64,000 nt of DNA from an uncultured Nitrososphaerota archaeon (GCA_963824385.1 CAWGPD010000003.1:160001-224000), one strand, 5' to 3'. Numbered from the stretch's first letter, positions 42,467 to 52,197 are shown. Program-made: numbers and translations. Notes: generated by a model not told the origin, from the sequence alone.

Positions 42467-42579
42467 GTTAGAAACTATAAGATTTGGTGATATAAGGGTA
42501 TTACTATTTATCCTCTTTGTAATCCTTATAGGGACGTATTTTATCTCGATGAAAGGAAATTTATCCCTTTTTTGAGGAT

Positions 42580-43146
42580 ATGGTACAATTGGATTTTTTA
42601 TGTATAAAAGATTGTTCCAAGTGTTGTATTGAAAGAGAGTATTATCCAACAAAGAAATTTGGCAAGGTGGGTGTTCTTATCTTACCCCCTGAGAAAAAAC
42701 AGATCGAGTTACTGGCAGAAAAAAATGGCATCAAGATTTCAATTGTACCAAGAATAGGCGTATCCGAAAAGCCTGATGGGCCTGATACTATACTTGCATA
42801 TCAGATGATGGGTAAGGATCCAAATGGCAATACGTGCCCCTTTCTGGATGTGGAATCTAGTAAAAGATCGCCACATGGTGGATATGCATGTAAAATCTAT
42901 GATTCTAGACCACTTGCATGCAGGGCATACCCTGTGATAGAATCTACTCCACTTACTCTAGATTCAAAGTGTAAATTTTGTGAAATCTGTGATGCCCCTA
43001 CTGGAAATGTAGACTTGGAACTGGAATCACTAATTCAAATAAAAGGCCAGATGAAAACTGATGCGCCTTACATCTGGCGTTATGCAACAGGTGTAGGAGA
43101 ATTACAAGATAAAGATCTGATTGAAAACGGTTGGTTCCTAGTCTGA
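42580..43146 (+). CDS. YkgJ/UPF0153 cysteine-cluster protein
   Basis: C...C.KCC, CPFL, CKIY..RP.ACRAYP. Confidence 0.9.
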   Translation: MVQLDFLCIKDCSKCCIEREYYPTKKFGKVGVLILPPEKKQIELLAEKNGIKISIVPRIGVSEKPDGPDTILAYQMMGKDPNGNTCPFLDVESSKRSPHGGYACKIYDSRPLACRAYPVIESTPLTLDSKCKFCEICDAPTGNVDLELESLIQIKGQMKTDAPYIWRYATGVGELQDKDLIENGWFLV

Positions 43147-43302
43147 TTTGCCTACTCTTTCATGAGTACCAGGATAGTGTTCTCCAATTTTTTTAGAATA
43201 ACACTTGCTGCACAAATTACCCTTTATGTTCCATGATTGCATTGGAACGTAAACATGATCAAAAGGACCATTACACATTGCACAATGTCCAACTTCTTTC
43301 AT
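43138..43302 (-). CDS. 54-aa CxxC...CxxC zinc-binding protein (not in ORF track)
   Basis: MKEVGHCAMCNGPFDHVYVPMQSWNIKGNLCSKCYSKKIGEHYPGTHERVGKSD; TATA about 25 nt upstream. Confidence 0.8.
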   Translation of the reverse strand: MKEVGHCAMCNGPFDHVYVPMQSWNIKGNLCSKCYSKKIGEHYPGTHERVGKSD

Positions 43303-43386
43303 GTTCGATCTTTCTTGTTCAAGTTCGTTATAAAAATCATGATCGTAAATAGTATGTTAAATACTAGCGTATTCTAGAATAAAATA

Positions 43387-43451
43387 GCGGTAGGATGGCT
43401 GGCCAATGTGGACCTCCTGCAAGAGAACCTATCGGTCAACCGTTCTGCCGC
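43387..43451 (+). ncRNA. Unidentified 65-nt GC-rich long-hairpin RNA candidate
   Basis: 12-bp basal stem GCGGTAGGATGG/CCGTTCTGCCGC with three G-U pairs (favours + strand); TTAAATA 24 nt upstream. Confidence 0.55.
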
Positions 43452-43465
43452 ATTGATTTAAAATT

Positions 43466-45224
43466 CTAAAAAAGATCTTGGACTACTTTTTGGATACTTG
43501 CAATCTCTTCTTCTTCTTGTTTTATCTTCTTCTCTATTACACGAACCATGGAATCCTGCCAAACATGGTGAGAGAAAAAGTTGTGATATGTATTTGCAGC
43601 AGTCATCTCATCATCTACTACAGTATCTTCTAGAAACTTTGTCACAACAGTGTCTGTCAGTTTTAGGATGCGCTGATTTAATTTAACACTCTTGAATATT
43701 GGCTCTAGCTTGGATATGTCTTCTTTAAAGTCGTCCTTTGAAAGTATAATCTTTTCATGGAGGATCTTAAAGTATACTGCAACAAAAAATAGTGTCGCAT
43801 ACCTCTTTGTCTTATGACCTCCTTTCTTTCCATAATTTAATGACTTTTTTGCATATTCCTTGATAAAATATGGATAAAGAAGCAGTCTAAAATCATCCTT
43901 TAATTTCTCGTTAAAGACCTCGTCATATTTACTGCCTCTTGGTAAAAATTGTGCAGGAGAACTGTATGCCTCAGTTGGTCGTTGTTCTGTTCCTGCAACA
44001 AAGGCCTGTATTGCATCCTTTGCTACAATGACTTTTTTGTGATTGTCTGGCAAATATTTATTGTAAATGACATCTCCAACAAACTCACTTTGATGTGATT
44101 TTGTTTTGGTATCAAATGAGCCTCCTTGGATTTCATAAAAATAATGAATGTTCTCCATTTGCGATTTTATTGATTTGTGAAAGTCCATTAACGATACTAG
44201 ATCTTTTCCTCTTACTGCATTCTGAGAGTTTCTGTATTTTGTTATGTTGTTTTGATCCAGTTCGTCTGCAGACTTTTATGATTGTGACAGTTATACTTCC
44301 ATCTAAATTATGAGTACGTCTTGCATGGTCTAATACAGAATTTGATGTCTGTGCCCCGTTTACTATTTGAGGTGAATGTAAAACTATGGAATTATCTTCC
44401 GATTCCTCAAAATCGCTTACTACTATTGTAATTCCATTGTTGTAGTAGAAAAATTTGTGGGGCACTTCCTGCAAAGTTTCTCGCAATCCCTTGTTTACTG
44501 TAGTCTTGAACTGCATCCATTGTCTAATGTTTGATTCAAAAACATAGTCCTTGTTCTTTGTAACAAAATTAGTAAGTTCTCTTAATTTTAAAATGCCTAA
44601 AAGTGTATTTTGATATCTCAATTTAGTTTCAAGTTTGATGGATGCCTTTTTGCCAGCAGCTGGTTTTTTTATTCTATCCCAAAGTTTTCTGACTATGACA
44701 TCTACGTCATAAATTTCAACAGACTCAAAATTTTCATCCTCTACCTTCTGATCTGTCACATAGATACACTCTATCTTTAGATTTTTTTCCTGGATCTTTG
44801 TGACAAGGTGTGCAAGCTCTGGACGCATCTTTGCAATGTCTTTACCTTGTAATCTCTTGACATCTTCTCTGAATTTTACTATGGCTTCAATGGAATGAGA
44901 TGTTCCGTACTTTGACTGGAATAGATAGATCTTGTCTTCTGAAAAATCTACTGGCAGATACGCATCTATTCCTAAATCGTTTGCACCGTCAATTATTGCA
45001 TCAGTTGCATCATCTTCAGTTGCCTCAAAGACTCTGGTGAGTACCCACTGCAAAAAATTATGACCCTTCTCAACCTCATTTTGTGCACTTTCAGCATATT
45101 CTTTTATGCTGTCTTTTACATTTTGTACAAAACCATCTAGTGGTTGACCACCTGTATTCTGATATGAAATAGGTTTTGCGCCTGGAATGTATTCTAGTAG
45201 ATTATTACTTTCTGCCAAATTCAC
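43466..45224 (-). CDS. AIPR-family protein, apparent +1 frameshift near 44272
   Basis: D.GID..Y, QSKY, FESNIR, FFYYNNGIT, QIVNGAQT, N.QN.V. Confidence 0.9.
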
Positions 45225-45278
45225 TCTGTCTACAAACCGCTCTATTTAGAAAAGCGGGTTATTATGATATAATTAAAA

Positions 45279-45350
45279 AGGTGAGGAAGGGATTTGAACC
45301 CCTATAGATTCGCTTTGCAGGCGAACGCATAGCCACTCTGCCACCTCACC
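45279..45350 (-). tRNA. trnC: tRNA-Cys(GCA)
   Basis: GGTGAGG/CCTCACC acceptor, U73; TTCGC-CT-GCA-AA-GCGAA. Confidence 0.95.
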
Positions 45351-45391
45351 GCGATCAAAATGGCTTTATTTGAACAATTAAATCTTTTAGA

Positions 45392-45610
45392 TTAGAATTT
45401 TGAAAATTGCTTTGCTGCAAGTCTAATGTCTTCTGACTTTATCGTCTTTCTACCTGCATGTACTGACATCTCTACTGCATTTTTTGCAATCGAACCACCA
45501 ATCTCTTCTAGTATTCTTCTAAGTTCATTTGCTGATTCATCACTTACTCTTTCTGCACCTGCTTTTTTCAATATTCTATACATTACAGAAAGACCAAATT
45601 CTGTTGTCAT
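45392..45610 (-). CDS. Archaeal histone
   Basis: RILKKAGAERVS...HAGRKTIK.EDI.LA. Confidence 0.95.
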   Translation of the reverse strand: MTTEFGLSVMYRILKKAGAERVSDESANELRRILEEIGGSIAKNAVEMSVHAGRKTIKSEDIRLAAKQFSKF

Positions 45611-45707
45611 ACAATAAATCCAAAAACCCATGATAAAAGACTTTGAGTGGAAAAAAACTATGCAAGGATCGATTTATACACACTATTTTGTGCTCAAATA
45701 AGTGATT

Positions 45708-46463
45708 ATGGCTTGGCTGACTGATGCTCATATTCATCTATCAGACAACGAGTACTTGGCTGACTTGGACTATGTACTAGTAGTCATGGATAGATTGAAG
45801 ATCAAGGCATGTTGTGTTTCTATGGATAACACGACTTCAAAATCTACACTTGAACTAAGTAAACGCAGTCCTCTGGTTTTACCATTTATTGGAATTCATC
45901 CTGAAAAAGCAGATGATGATCTAAATGTAATGGTAGAATTGATTAGAAACAATTCAAATAAAATATCTGGAATAGGAGAGATTGGTCTTGACAAAACATA
46001 TGTTTCTGACGAAGTGGGATTTTCAAGACAAGTATTGGTATTCCAAGAGATGCTCTCACTTGCAGAAAAATTAGGAAAACCAGTATCGGTACATTCTAGG
46101 AGAACTCTAGATGAGATATTTTCTATACTCCCGTCTTATTCCATCAAAGGTGTTTTACTTCACTGGTTTTCTGGCAGCAAAAAGCAATTACAAAAAGCAA
46201 TGGAACTTGGATGCTTTGTATCATATGGACCGGCAATGGTTTATTCTCAAGACAAGCAAGTTCTTCTTGAACTTACAGACTTGGATAAAATACTCTTGGA
46301 GACTGATGGACCTGTGAGGTTCTCAAGATGTTTTGGTCTTAAAACCGCACAAATAACATTTCTACCTAGCGTGCTTTTTTGTGCAGCTGGTATATTGAAC
46401 AAGTCATATGATGAAATGTTACTGATTGCAGAAAAAAATGCCAATTCATACCTTGGTGTATAG
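45708..46463 (+). CDS. tatD: TatD family DNase
   Basis: DAHIH, GIHP, GEIGLD, HSR, HWFSG, LETDGP. Confidence 0.93.
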   Translation: MAWLTDAHIHLSDNEYLADLDYVLVVMDRLKIKACCVSMDNTTSKSTLELSKRSPLVLPFIGIHPEKADDDLNVMVELIRNNSNKISGIGEIGLDKTYVSDEVGFSRQVLVFQEMLSLAEKLGKPVSVHSRRTLDEIFSILPSYSIKGVLLHWFSGSKKQLQKAMELGCFVSYGPAMVYSQDKQVLLELTDLDKILLETDGPVRFSRCFGLKTAQITFLPSVLFCAAGILNKSYDEMLLIAEKNANSYLGV

Positions 46464-46494
46464 GTATAAAAAACCCCTTTAGGCAATCAAATCA

Positions 46495-46755
46495 GTGAAC
46501 AGAATCAGAAAAATTTCCATGGAATTGATGACCACTTATAAAGGAAAATTTGACAATGATTTTGCACACAACAAACAGGTTCTAAACGAAGTTGCAATTG
46601 TAAGATCTAAAGGTCTCAAGAATGAAATCGCAGGTTACATTTCTACATATATCAAACGAGAACTTGAGGAGAAACAAGAAAAAGAAGCTGATGCAGTTGC
46701 TCACAACGAACCAGTTGATGAGACTGAAGAGATTGAAGAGCAGATACTCAACTAG
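46495..46755 (+). CDS. rps17e: 30S ribosomal protein S17e
   Basis: F..DF..NK..L......SK.LKN.IAGYI. Confidence 0.93.
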   Translation: MNRIRKISMELMTTYKGKFDNDFAHNKQVLNEVAIVRSKGLKNEIAGYISTYIKRELEEKQEKEADAVAHNEPVDETEEIEEQILN

Positions 46756-46800
46756 GTTTTTTACAAAAATCCAATATACCACATTCCTTCTTTTGGTAAT

Positions 46801-47580
46801 ATGATAACTGTCAGGTTACTGGGAGGTGCAAAAAAGTCATTTTCAACTGATAAGATTGAGATTGAAAGTGACCTTATGACAATATCTAATCTGTTAGACC
46901 ATCTTGAAAAATCCACTCCTAACAATCTTCCACACCTTGATCCCAACAATATTCTTGTTGCAGTAAATGGCGTAGATTCATCTGCATTGCAAGGAAAAGA
47001 GACTTTACTAAAACGTGGAGACATCATAAGTATAATTCCATTAGTTCATGGTGGAAGATCAAAGAGGATACAATTTGCTCTAATGAAAAATACTATAGAG
47101 TTAGTAAGACTCAAAAAAACTACAGAAGATCCAATTACATTTATCGAGTCACTCAGAGAGAAATATCCAAATCTTGTCATCCAAGGAATTGGTGCATCAT
47201 ATGTCCTCAATCCAGAACATGTACAAAAGACAGTTGCCATTTCTTTGTCTGCTCAAAAGGCAGGCACGTTGCTTTCTAATAAAATTGAGACTGATATTCT
47301 AATGAGATTTGCATGTACTAGGCAAATTAGTGACGCAATCTCTAAAGTAGGTGTAAAAAAGAAAGCAGATTCTATATTGATAATAATTGGAAAAAAACCA
47401 TTAATTGAAAAACTCTACAATTACATTGAGGATCTTTTACAAGACAATGTGTTTTCTAAAGATAATTCCACATTGATAAAAAAAGAATTTGGAATAACAA
47501 AAAAGCAACTTGACTGCGTGTTTTCTAAAACGCCCTTGGAGGATCTGCTTGCAGAAAAGTCTGCAACATTATTCCATTGA
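46801..47580 (+). CDS. cgi121: Fusion of ThiS/MoaD (SAMP-like ubiquitin fold) and KEOPS subunit Cgi121
   Basis: N-terminal LVAVNG...L..GD.ISIIP.VHGG, then E.DILMR.A.TRQISDAI..VG. Confidence 0.88.
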   Translation: MITVRLLGGAKKSFSTDKIEIESDLMTISNLLDHLEKSTPNNLPHLDPNNILVAVNGVDSSALQGKETLLKRGDIISIIPLVHGGRSKRIQFALMKNTIELVRLKKTTEDPITFIESLREKYPNLVIQGIGASYVLNPEHVQKTVAISLSAQKAGTLLSNKIETDILMRFACTRQISDAISKVGVKKKADSILIIIGKKPLIEKLYNYIEDLLQDNVFSKDNSTLIKKEFGITKKQLDCVFSKTPLEDLLAEKSATLFH

Positions 47581-48090
47581 GTCTCGCTTGAGCTTTAGCG
47601 TACTGACAACATCCTCTTCTCTTAGTATTGAAACGCCTGTTATGCCGCCCATTATCTGAATCATAACATTCCAGTCATAGGATTCTAAAGACACCTTGTT
47701 TGGAATTATGCCTGCAACTGAATCTATAATGCCCTTTGAGGAAATATCCGAGCCTCTTTTTTCAATTGTAATCCTGTATGCGTCTGTATCTTTCATTATT
47801 TTTATTTGGTTTCTCACACTTTCTACTATATTTTCAAGACTAGACGAAGTGGATTGTCTAATGGGAATGAATCTATGACAATATCTCATTCTCCATGGCT
47901 CATCAAGAGTTATCTTTTTGATTTCAGCTATGACAACAAACGGATCGATTTTAGTGTCAACCCAAACTATTCCTGAGAAACTTGACTTGCCAATTCTTGG
48001 AGACTTGTCTCCAAGTTCTTGAATAATCTCTGCAATTTCATCACACGCTTCCTCTTCCATGTGTCTACTACATGTTGCAATCAAATTCAA
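47569..48090 (-). CDS. THUMP-domain RNA-binding protein
   Basis: R.IPI...YRITIEKRG...KVSLE..D..V.I. Confidence 0.85.
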   Translation of the reverse strand: MNLIATCSRHMEEEACDEIAEIIQELGDKSPRIGKSSFSGIVWVDTKIDPFVVIAEIKKITLDEPWRMRYCHRFIPIRQSTSSSLENIVESVRNQIKIMKDTDAYRITIEKRGSDISSKGIIDSVAGIIPNKVSLESYDWNVMIQIMGGITGVSILREEDVVSTLKLKRDSME

Positions 48091-48677
48091 ACTAAAGACT
48101 CCGATTTTATTTTTCCTTGTCTAACTATTTTTAACTTGTTACCTTCAAACTCAATTACTGTAGATTCTCCTGGCTCAAAAATTTTTCCGCCATCTAATAA
48201 TACGTCATATCCTGTGAAGTTTCCTATTATAGTCCTTGAATCATTAAATGCAGCGTGTCCGGAAAAATTTGCGCTAGTTCCCACAAGTAACTTACATTCT
48301 TTTAAAAGATCAAGTGTACATGGATGATTTGGAACTCTAACTGCAATCTTGCCATCAAGACCAAGTGACTCTTCAATTTTCTTGTCCTTGACTTTGAGAA
48401 TTAATGTAAGAGGACCAGGCCAAAATTTATCTGAGATCTTATCTGAATTTTCATCAAAATATGCTATATCGTTTATCTCTTTTTTTGAATATCCCAGAAC
48501 AGGAAGCTGTTTTGTTTTATCCCTTCCTTTAATTTTGTATATTTTGTTAATTGCATCCTGATTGTATGGATCGCACCCTATCCCATAAACGGTATCTGTA
48601 GGAAATACGACAACTCCTCCTTTTTTTATGGAATCATATGCGCCCTTTATTCCTCTTTCATTACAGGGAAGAATCAT
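48087..48677 (-). CDS. tsaC: L-threonylcarbamoyladenylate synthase (YrdC/TsaC domain only)
   Basis: FPTDTVYG, KGR, FWPGPLT, VRVP, TSAN.SG. Confidence 0.93.
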   Translation of the reverse strand: MILPCNERGIKGAYDSIKKGGVVVFPTDTVYGIGCDPYNQDAINKIYKIKGRDKTKQLPVLGYSKKEINDIAYFDENSDKISDKFWPGPLTLILKVKDKKIEESLGLDGKIAVRVPNHPCTLDLLKECKLLVGTSANFSGHAAFNDSRTIIGNFTGYDVLLDGGKIFEPGESTVIEFEGNKLKIVRQGKIKSESLV

Positions 48678-48751
48678 ATTTTTTTAGGTGTTTAATAGTA
48701 AATTATCTCTTCTTATGAAAATGATATAAGTTGGAATGTGTATTATATCCA

Positions 48752-48853
48752 ATGGACGAAGTATCACAATGTCAATGTCCTCCTGGTGGAGAAACATATG
48801 AAGACGAAGAAGGGATGAAAATCTGCGTTTCATGTGGCGGTTGGGTAGCGTAA
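48752..48853 (+). CDS. Putative 33-aa zinc-ribbon peptide (not in ORF track)
   Basis: MDEVSQCQCPPGGETYEDEEGMKICVSCGGWVA; ATATAAG about 22 nt upstream. Confidence 0.65.
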   Translation: MDEVSQCQCPPGGETYEDEEGMKICVSCGGWVA

Positions 48854-48931
48854 AAATCAACCAGTTAAGGTGGTAATAGTAATGTTGGTACTGTGCAAGT
48901 CTTTTATAGGAAAATATTTTCTGTGAGTGAT

Positions 48932-49027
48932 ATGTCTGAGGATTATGAGAATGACTTTGAAGATGCCTTTGAGGACGATGATGTAGAGGATGAAACTGAA
49001 GAGATAGTAGATGAAGGCGAAAGTTAA
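48932..49027 (+). CDS. Putative 31-aa hyper-acidic peptide (not in ORF track)
   Basis: MSEDYENDFEDAFEDDDVEDETEEIVDEGES; TTTTATA 24 nt upstream. Confidence 0.6.
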   Translation: MSEDYENDFEDAFEDDDVEDETEEIVDEGES

Positions 49028-49314
49028 ATTCTTAATCCAAACGAGTCTGCAAACTCTCTGAATCCACGATATGCCTGAAGAAATTCTCTACCCTTGTTGC
49101 TTATTCTGTACTTGCAGGCCCTATCCGAATTACTCTGTTCCAAAAGTCCCTGTGAAACAAGTGTATCTAAAATTTTTGCAAGTCTTGAATATGAAATATT
49201 TGCTTTTCGGATAAGATAAGTTACACTAGCACCTGACTCGTCTGGAACTTCGTCTCTTGTAGTAGAGAGAATGTCTCCAATTATACTCATATGAGTTCTA
49301 TATGTTATTGCCAA
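49024..49314 (-). CDS. Winged-helix transcriptional regulator (HTH_45-like)
   Basis: YRTHM.II.DIL...ANISYSRL...IS.KG.EFL. Confidence 0.88.
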   Translation of the reverse strand: MAITYRTHMSIIGDILSTTRDEVPDESGASVTYLIRKANISYSRLAKILDTLVSQGLLEQSNSDRACKYRISNKGREFLQAYRGFREFADSFGLRI

Positions 49315-49933
49315 ATCTTACTCCTCTTAGCGGAACCTGAGAAATTGGAACAAAAAGTGCTCCCAATCCTGCTATCTTTGTAGAAACTGAAACAAAATAC
49401 AACACTGATTTTGGAAATACAATAGAATACCAACCCAAAAATTCGCCTAATGCTAGTAACCCAAGGCCCGCGGCTACGAAAATAGTACTCCTCTTTCTAT
49501 TTTCCATGTATGACAATATTGTCTCAATTGTCCCATATACCAATAGGATAAAAGAAATTGACCTTATAATGTGCTCAATTGAATTGCCTGGAATAATGAA
49601 AAGAGGCATTGCAATTGATTTGAAATATCTTGATTTTGGGAAAAATGATTTAATCCCATGAGAGAATGCTATGAAAAAGTATCCTATGGTCTGAATCCCA
49701 AGTCCAAGGGTCTGAATCCAAGTGTCTAGTCTGACATATCCCATGACAAGAGACTCGATGAGAAAGCCAAATCCTACAACTCCAAATCCTATGCTGATTG
49801 AAAAGAACGAGATGCTTAATCTAAAGAGAGTAGGACTACCGGTATTTTTGAATCCGATATATGCAAAAACCCCCAAGATTAATCCAACTATGAAGCCTAA
49901 TAGATTTAGGGCAGACTCTAAAACAAATTCCAA
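49298..49933 (-). CDS. Multi-pass membrane protein, putative sensor
   Basis: About six TM; AY.GF..T.S..L motif shared with 18866..19630; overlaps the wHTH gene. Confidence 0.78.
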   Translation of the reverse strand: MEFVLESALNLLGFIVGLILGVFAYIGFKNTGSPTLFRLSISFFSISIGFGVVGFGFLIESLVMGYVRLDTWIQTLGLGIQTIGYFFIAFSHGIKSFFPKSRYFKSIAMPLFIIPGNSIEHIIRSISFILLVYGTIETILSYMENRKRSTIFVAAGLGLLALGEFLGWYSIVFPKSVLYFVSVSTKIAGLGALFVPISQVPLRGVRFGNNI

Positions 49934-49944
49934 TTAGGTAAGAT

Positions 49945-49966
49945 GCCTTATGAAATTACATAAGGC
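49945..49966. promoter_or_regulatory. Palindrome GCCTTATG-N6-CATAAGGC
   Basis: Perfect 8-bp inverted repeat 12-33 nt upstream of the start, over the expected core promoter. Confidence 0.6.
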
Positions 49967-49983
49967 TTGTAGTGGATTTTTTT

Positions 49984-50190
49984 CTACCATTCATCAAGAG
50001 TTCCGGATGTAGTACCTTTGGTATCGGACGTGTAATCTCCCAAAACATCCGAATATCTTGCATCCTTGTAAGCAATAAATTTCACATATTCACCGTATGA
50101 CATGTCAAGGGAACAATGTGAACACTTGACATATGTAAAATCATCTCCCAATTCTGCAATTTTGTCACACTTGGGACATTTTATCTTCAT
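49984..50190 (-). CDS. Small zinc-ribbon protein
   Basis: CPKC...CSHC. Confidence 0.75.
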   Translation of the reverse strand: MKIKCPKCDKIAELGDDFTYVKCSHCSLDMSYGEYVKFIAYKDARYSDVLGDYTSDTKGTTSGTLDEW

Positions 50191-50328
50191 GTTCTATATT
50201 GTCGCCAAGTCCTATTATCTCTTCTCAAGATAACAAGAAAATTCTGTCTTGATAAAATTAGAACAATTGATGTTTTCTATACAAATGGTCTCTTAAAGAA
50301 TTAAATTGCTATGATTTGGTGTCCAACT

Positions 50329-50604
50329 ATGGTCAGAAATTGTACCAAATGTAAAACAGAAATTCCAGACGGAGTTGAACTTGATCCTTTTGCATCTACA
50401 TATCCTTGCTGCAACAAATGCTGGGAAGAGTGGAAGCAATACAGAATCATGGTTATGAATGAAATGAAATTAGACATGTCAATGTCTGATCATAGAAAGG
50501 TAGTTAAAAAATACGAAAAAGTATTTGTTGGCGTTATGACTCCTGAAGGAGATGTAATCAATTTCGCTGATGAAAATAAGCGAAAACCAGATAGTCCACT
50601 TTAG
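50329..50604 (+). CDS. Fe(II)-trafficking protein (YggX-like)
   Basis: C..CW.EW......VMNE.KLD....HR. Confidence 0.75.
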   Translation: MVRNCTKCKTEIPDGVELDPFASTYPCCNKCWEEWKQYRIMVMNEMKLDMSMSDHRKVVKKYEKVFVGVMTPEGDVINFADENKRKPDSPL

Positions 50605-51062
50605 ATACCGATTTCCCTTTTTGCACTATCTGGAATTATCAGATCTAGTTTTTTTCTACTCCTCTCATCAAATTTTCCAACTATCTCCTTGAGAGTTCCC
50701 ACAAGTATAGATCTTTGTTCAGCAGGTAATGACATGAAGATCTCAAAAATTCCATCCAAATTGAATGCAATCAGTTTTTCTGGATGATTTGTTATCTCAT
50801 TGATATAATTAGAAAACATTATGGTTCTCTGTTCTTCAGACAAGCTACAGAGAATCTCAAGCCAGGTCTTAAACAAGGTGGAAAATTTGTCAAATTGTAT
50901 TGTGGGTCCAGCCTGTAATGCATTAACTATGATCTCTTTTTTGTCTTCTTGATTCATGGAGAAAAACTCTGTTAATCTCTTTTTTAATATCGGCTTTCTT
51001 AGAAACTCTGGAAGTCCTGCTAAATTTACTATAATGTTTCCAGCATGATTTGGAGAAGACAT
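50601..51062 (-). CDS. Hypothetical helical protein
   Basis: 153-aa ORF with normal composition. Confidence 0.7.
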   Translation of the reverse strand: MSSPNHAGNIIVNLAGLPEFLRKPILKKRLTEFFSMNQEDKKEIIVNALQAGPTIQFDKFSTLFKTWLEILCSLSEEQRTIMFSNYINEITNHPEKLIAFNLDGIFEIFMSLPAEQRSILVGTLKEIVGKFDERSRKKLDLIIPDSAKREIGI

Positions 51063-51140
51063 ACAAGTTTGTGACTAGATTGATTCTAAAATCGTATTGG
51101 TAAGATTTGGCTTAAATATCTCCGGTTGTGCTCTCCCTGT

Positions 51141-52142
51141 ATGCCTTCTACAGTTATCGTTGGTGGTTTTTATGGTGATGAGGGAAAAGGAAAGATCGTT
51201 TCATATCTTGCAATTAAAGACAATCCCACAGTAGCTGTTAGGGGTGGAGTGGGACCTAATGCAGGTCATACAATCGAATATGAAAACAAAAAATTCAAAG
51301 TTAGAATGTTACCAAGCGCATTTTTGAATCCTAACACGAGATTGTTAATTGGTCCAGGAGTAGTAGTAAGCCCAGAAGTGCTTTTAAAAGAGATTGAAGA
51401 GTTTGGCACTCGTGATAGAACTTTTGTAGATTTTCAATGTGGTATAATTGAAGAATCACACAGAACAACAGATTCTGGTGGCAGATTAAAACAGTCTATA
51501 GGTAGTACTGGAACTGGTACGGGACCTGCTAATGCAGATAGGGCAATGCGTACTCTAAAACTTGCAAAAGATATCGAATCTCTTACTCTGTATCTTGATG
51601 ATGTTCCTAACCAAGTAAATTTTGCATTAGATAGAAAAGAAAATGTAATTGTAGAAGGAACACAAGGAACCTATCTTTCGTTATGGCATGGAACATATCC
51701 ATTTGTTACATCAAAGGATGTTACTGCATCGGCAATATGTGCAGATGTTGGAATTGGACCCAAAAGTGTTGATGAGGTACTAGTTGTTTTCAAAGCATTT
51801 GTAACTAGAGTTGGAGAAGGTCCTCTGAAAAATGAGATCTCTCCAGAAAAGGCAGCAGCAAAAGGATGGCAAGAAGTCGGAACAGTTACTGGAAGACAAA
51901 GACGAGCTGCTGAATTTGATTTTGATCTTGCAAAGAGATCAATTATGTTAAACAGTGCATCTCAACTGGGAATTACAAAACTTGATGTAGTCTTTCCTGA
52001 ATGTGCACACATGCAATCATTTTCAGACCTGAGTTCTCCTGCCAAGTATTTTATTAAAAATATTGAAGACCAGCTCAAAGTGCCGGTCACACTGATTGGC
52101 ACTGGACCGGATGTATACGATATAATTGATAGAAGACAATAA
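51141..52142 (+). CDS. purA: Adenylosuccinate synthetase (short archaeal form)
   Basis: GDEGKGK, NAGHT, EGTQG, YPFVTS, GTVTGR.RR, TKLD. Confidence 0.97.
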   Translation: MPSTVIVGGFYGDEGKGKIVSYLAIKDNPTVAVRGGVGPNAGHTIEYENKKFKVRMLPSAFLNPNTRLLIGPGVVVSPEVLLKEIEEFGTRDRTFVDFQCGIIEESHRTTDSGGRLKQSIGSTGTGTGPANADRAMRTLKLAKDIESLTLYLDDVPNQVNFALDRKENVIVEGTQGTYLSLWHGTYPFVTSKDVTASAICADVGIGPKSVDEVLVVFKAFVTRVGEGPLKNEISPEKAAAKGWQEVGTVTGRQRRAAEFDFDLAKRSIMLNSASQLGITKLDVVFPECAHMQSFSDLSSPAKYFIKNIEDQLKVPVTLIGTGPDVYDIIDRRQ

Positions 52143-52197
52143 AGAATAGCAAATAACAAACGACTACTTTTAATGTGGATGATTTTTGAGAAATCCT

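Noticed and set aside
43397..43408. GGCTGGCC similarity to Y or vault RNA 5' ends
   Set aside because: Too short, internal to the hairpin, and no Ro60 gene in the window
43466..45350. Integrated element at tRNA-Cys carrying AIPR
   Set aside because: No integrase and no duplicated tRNA 3' end seen
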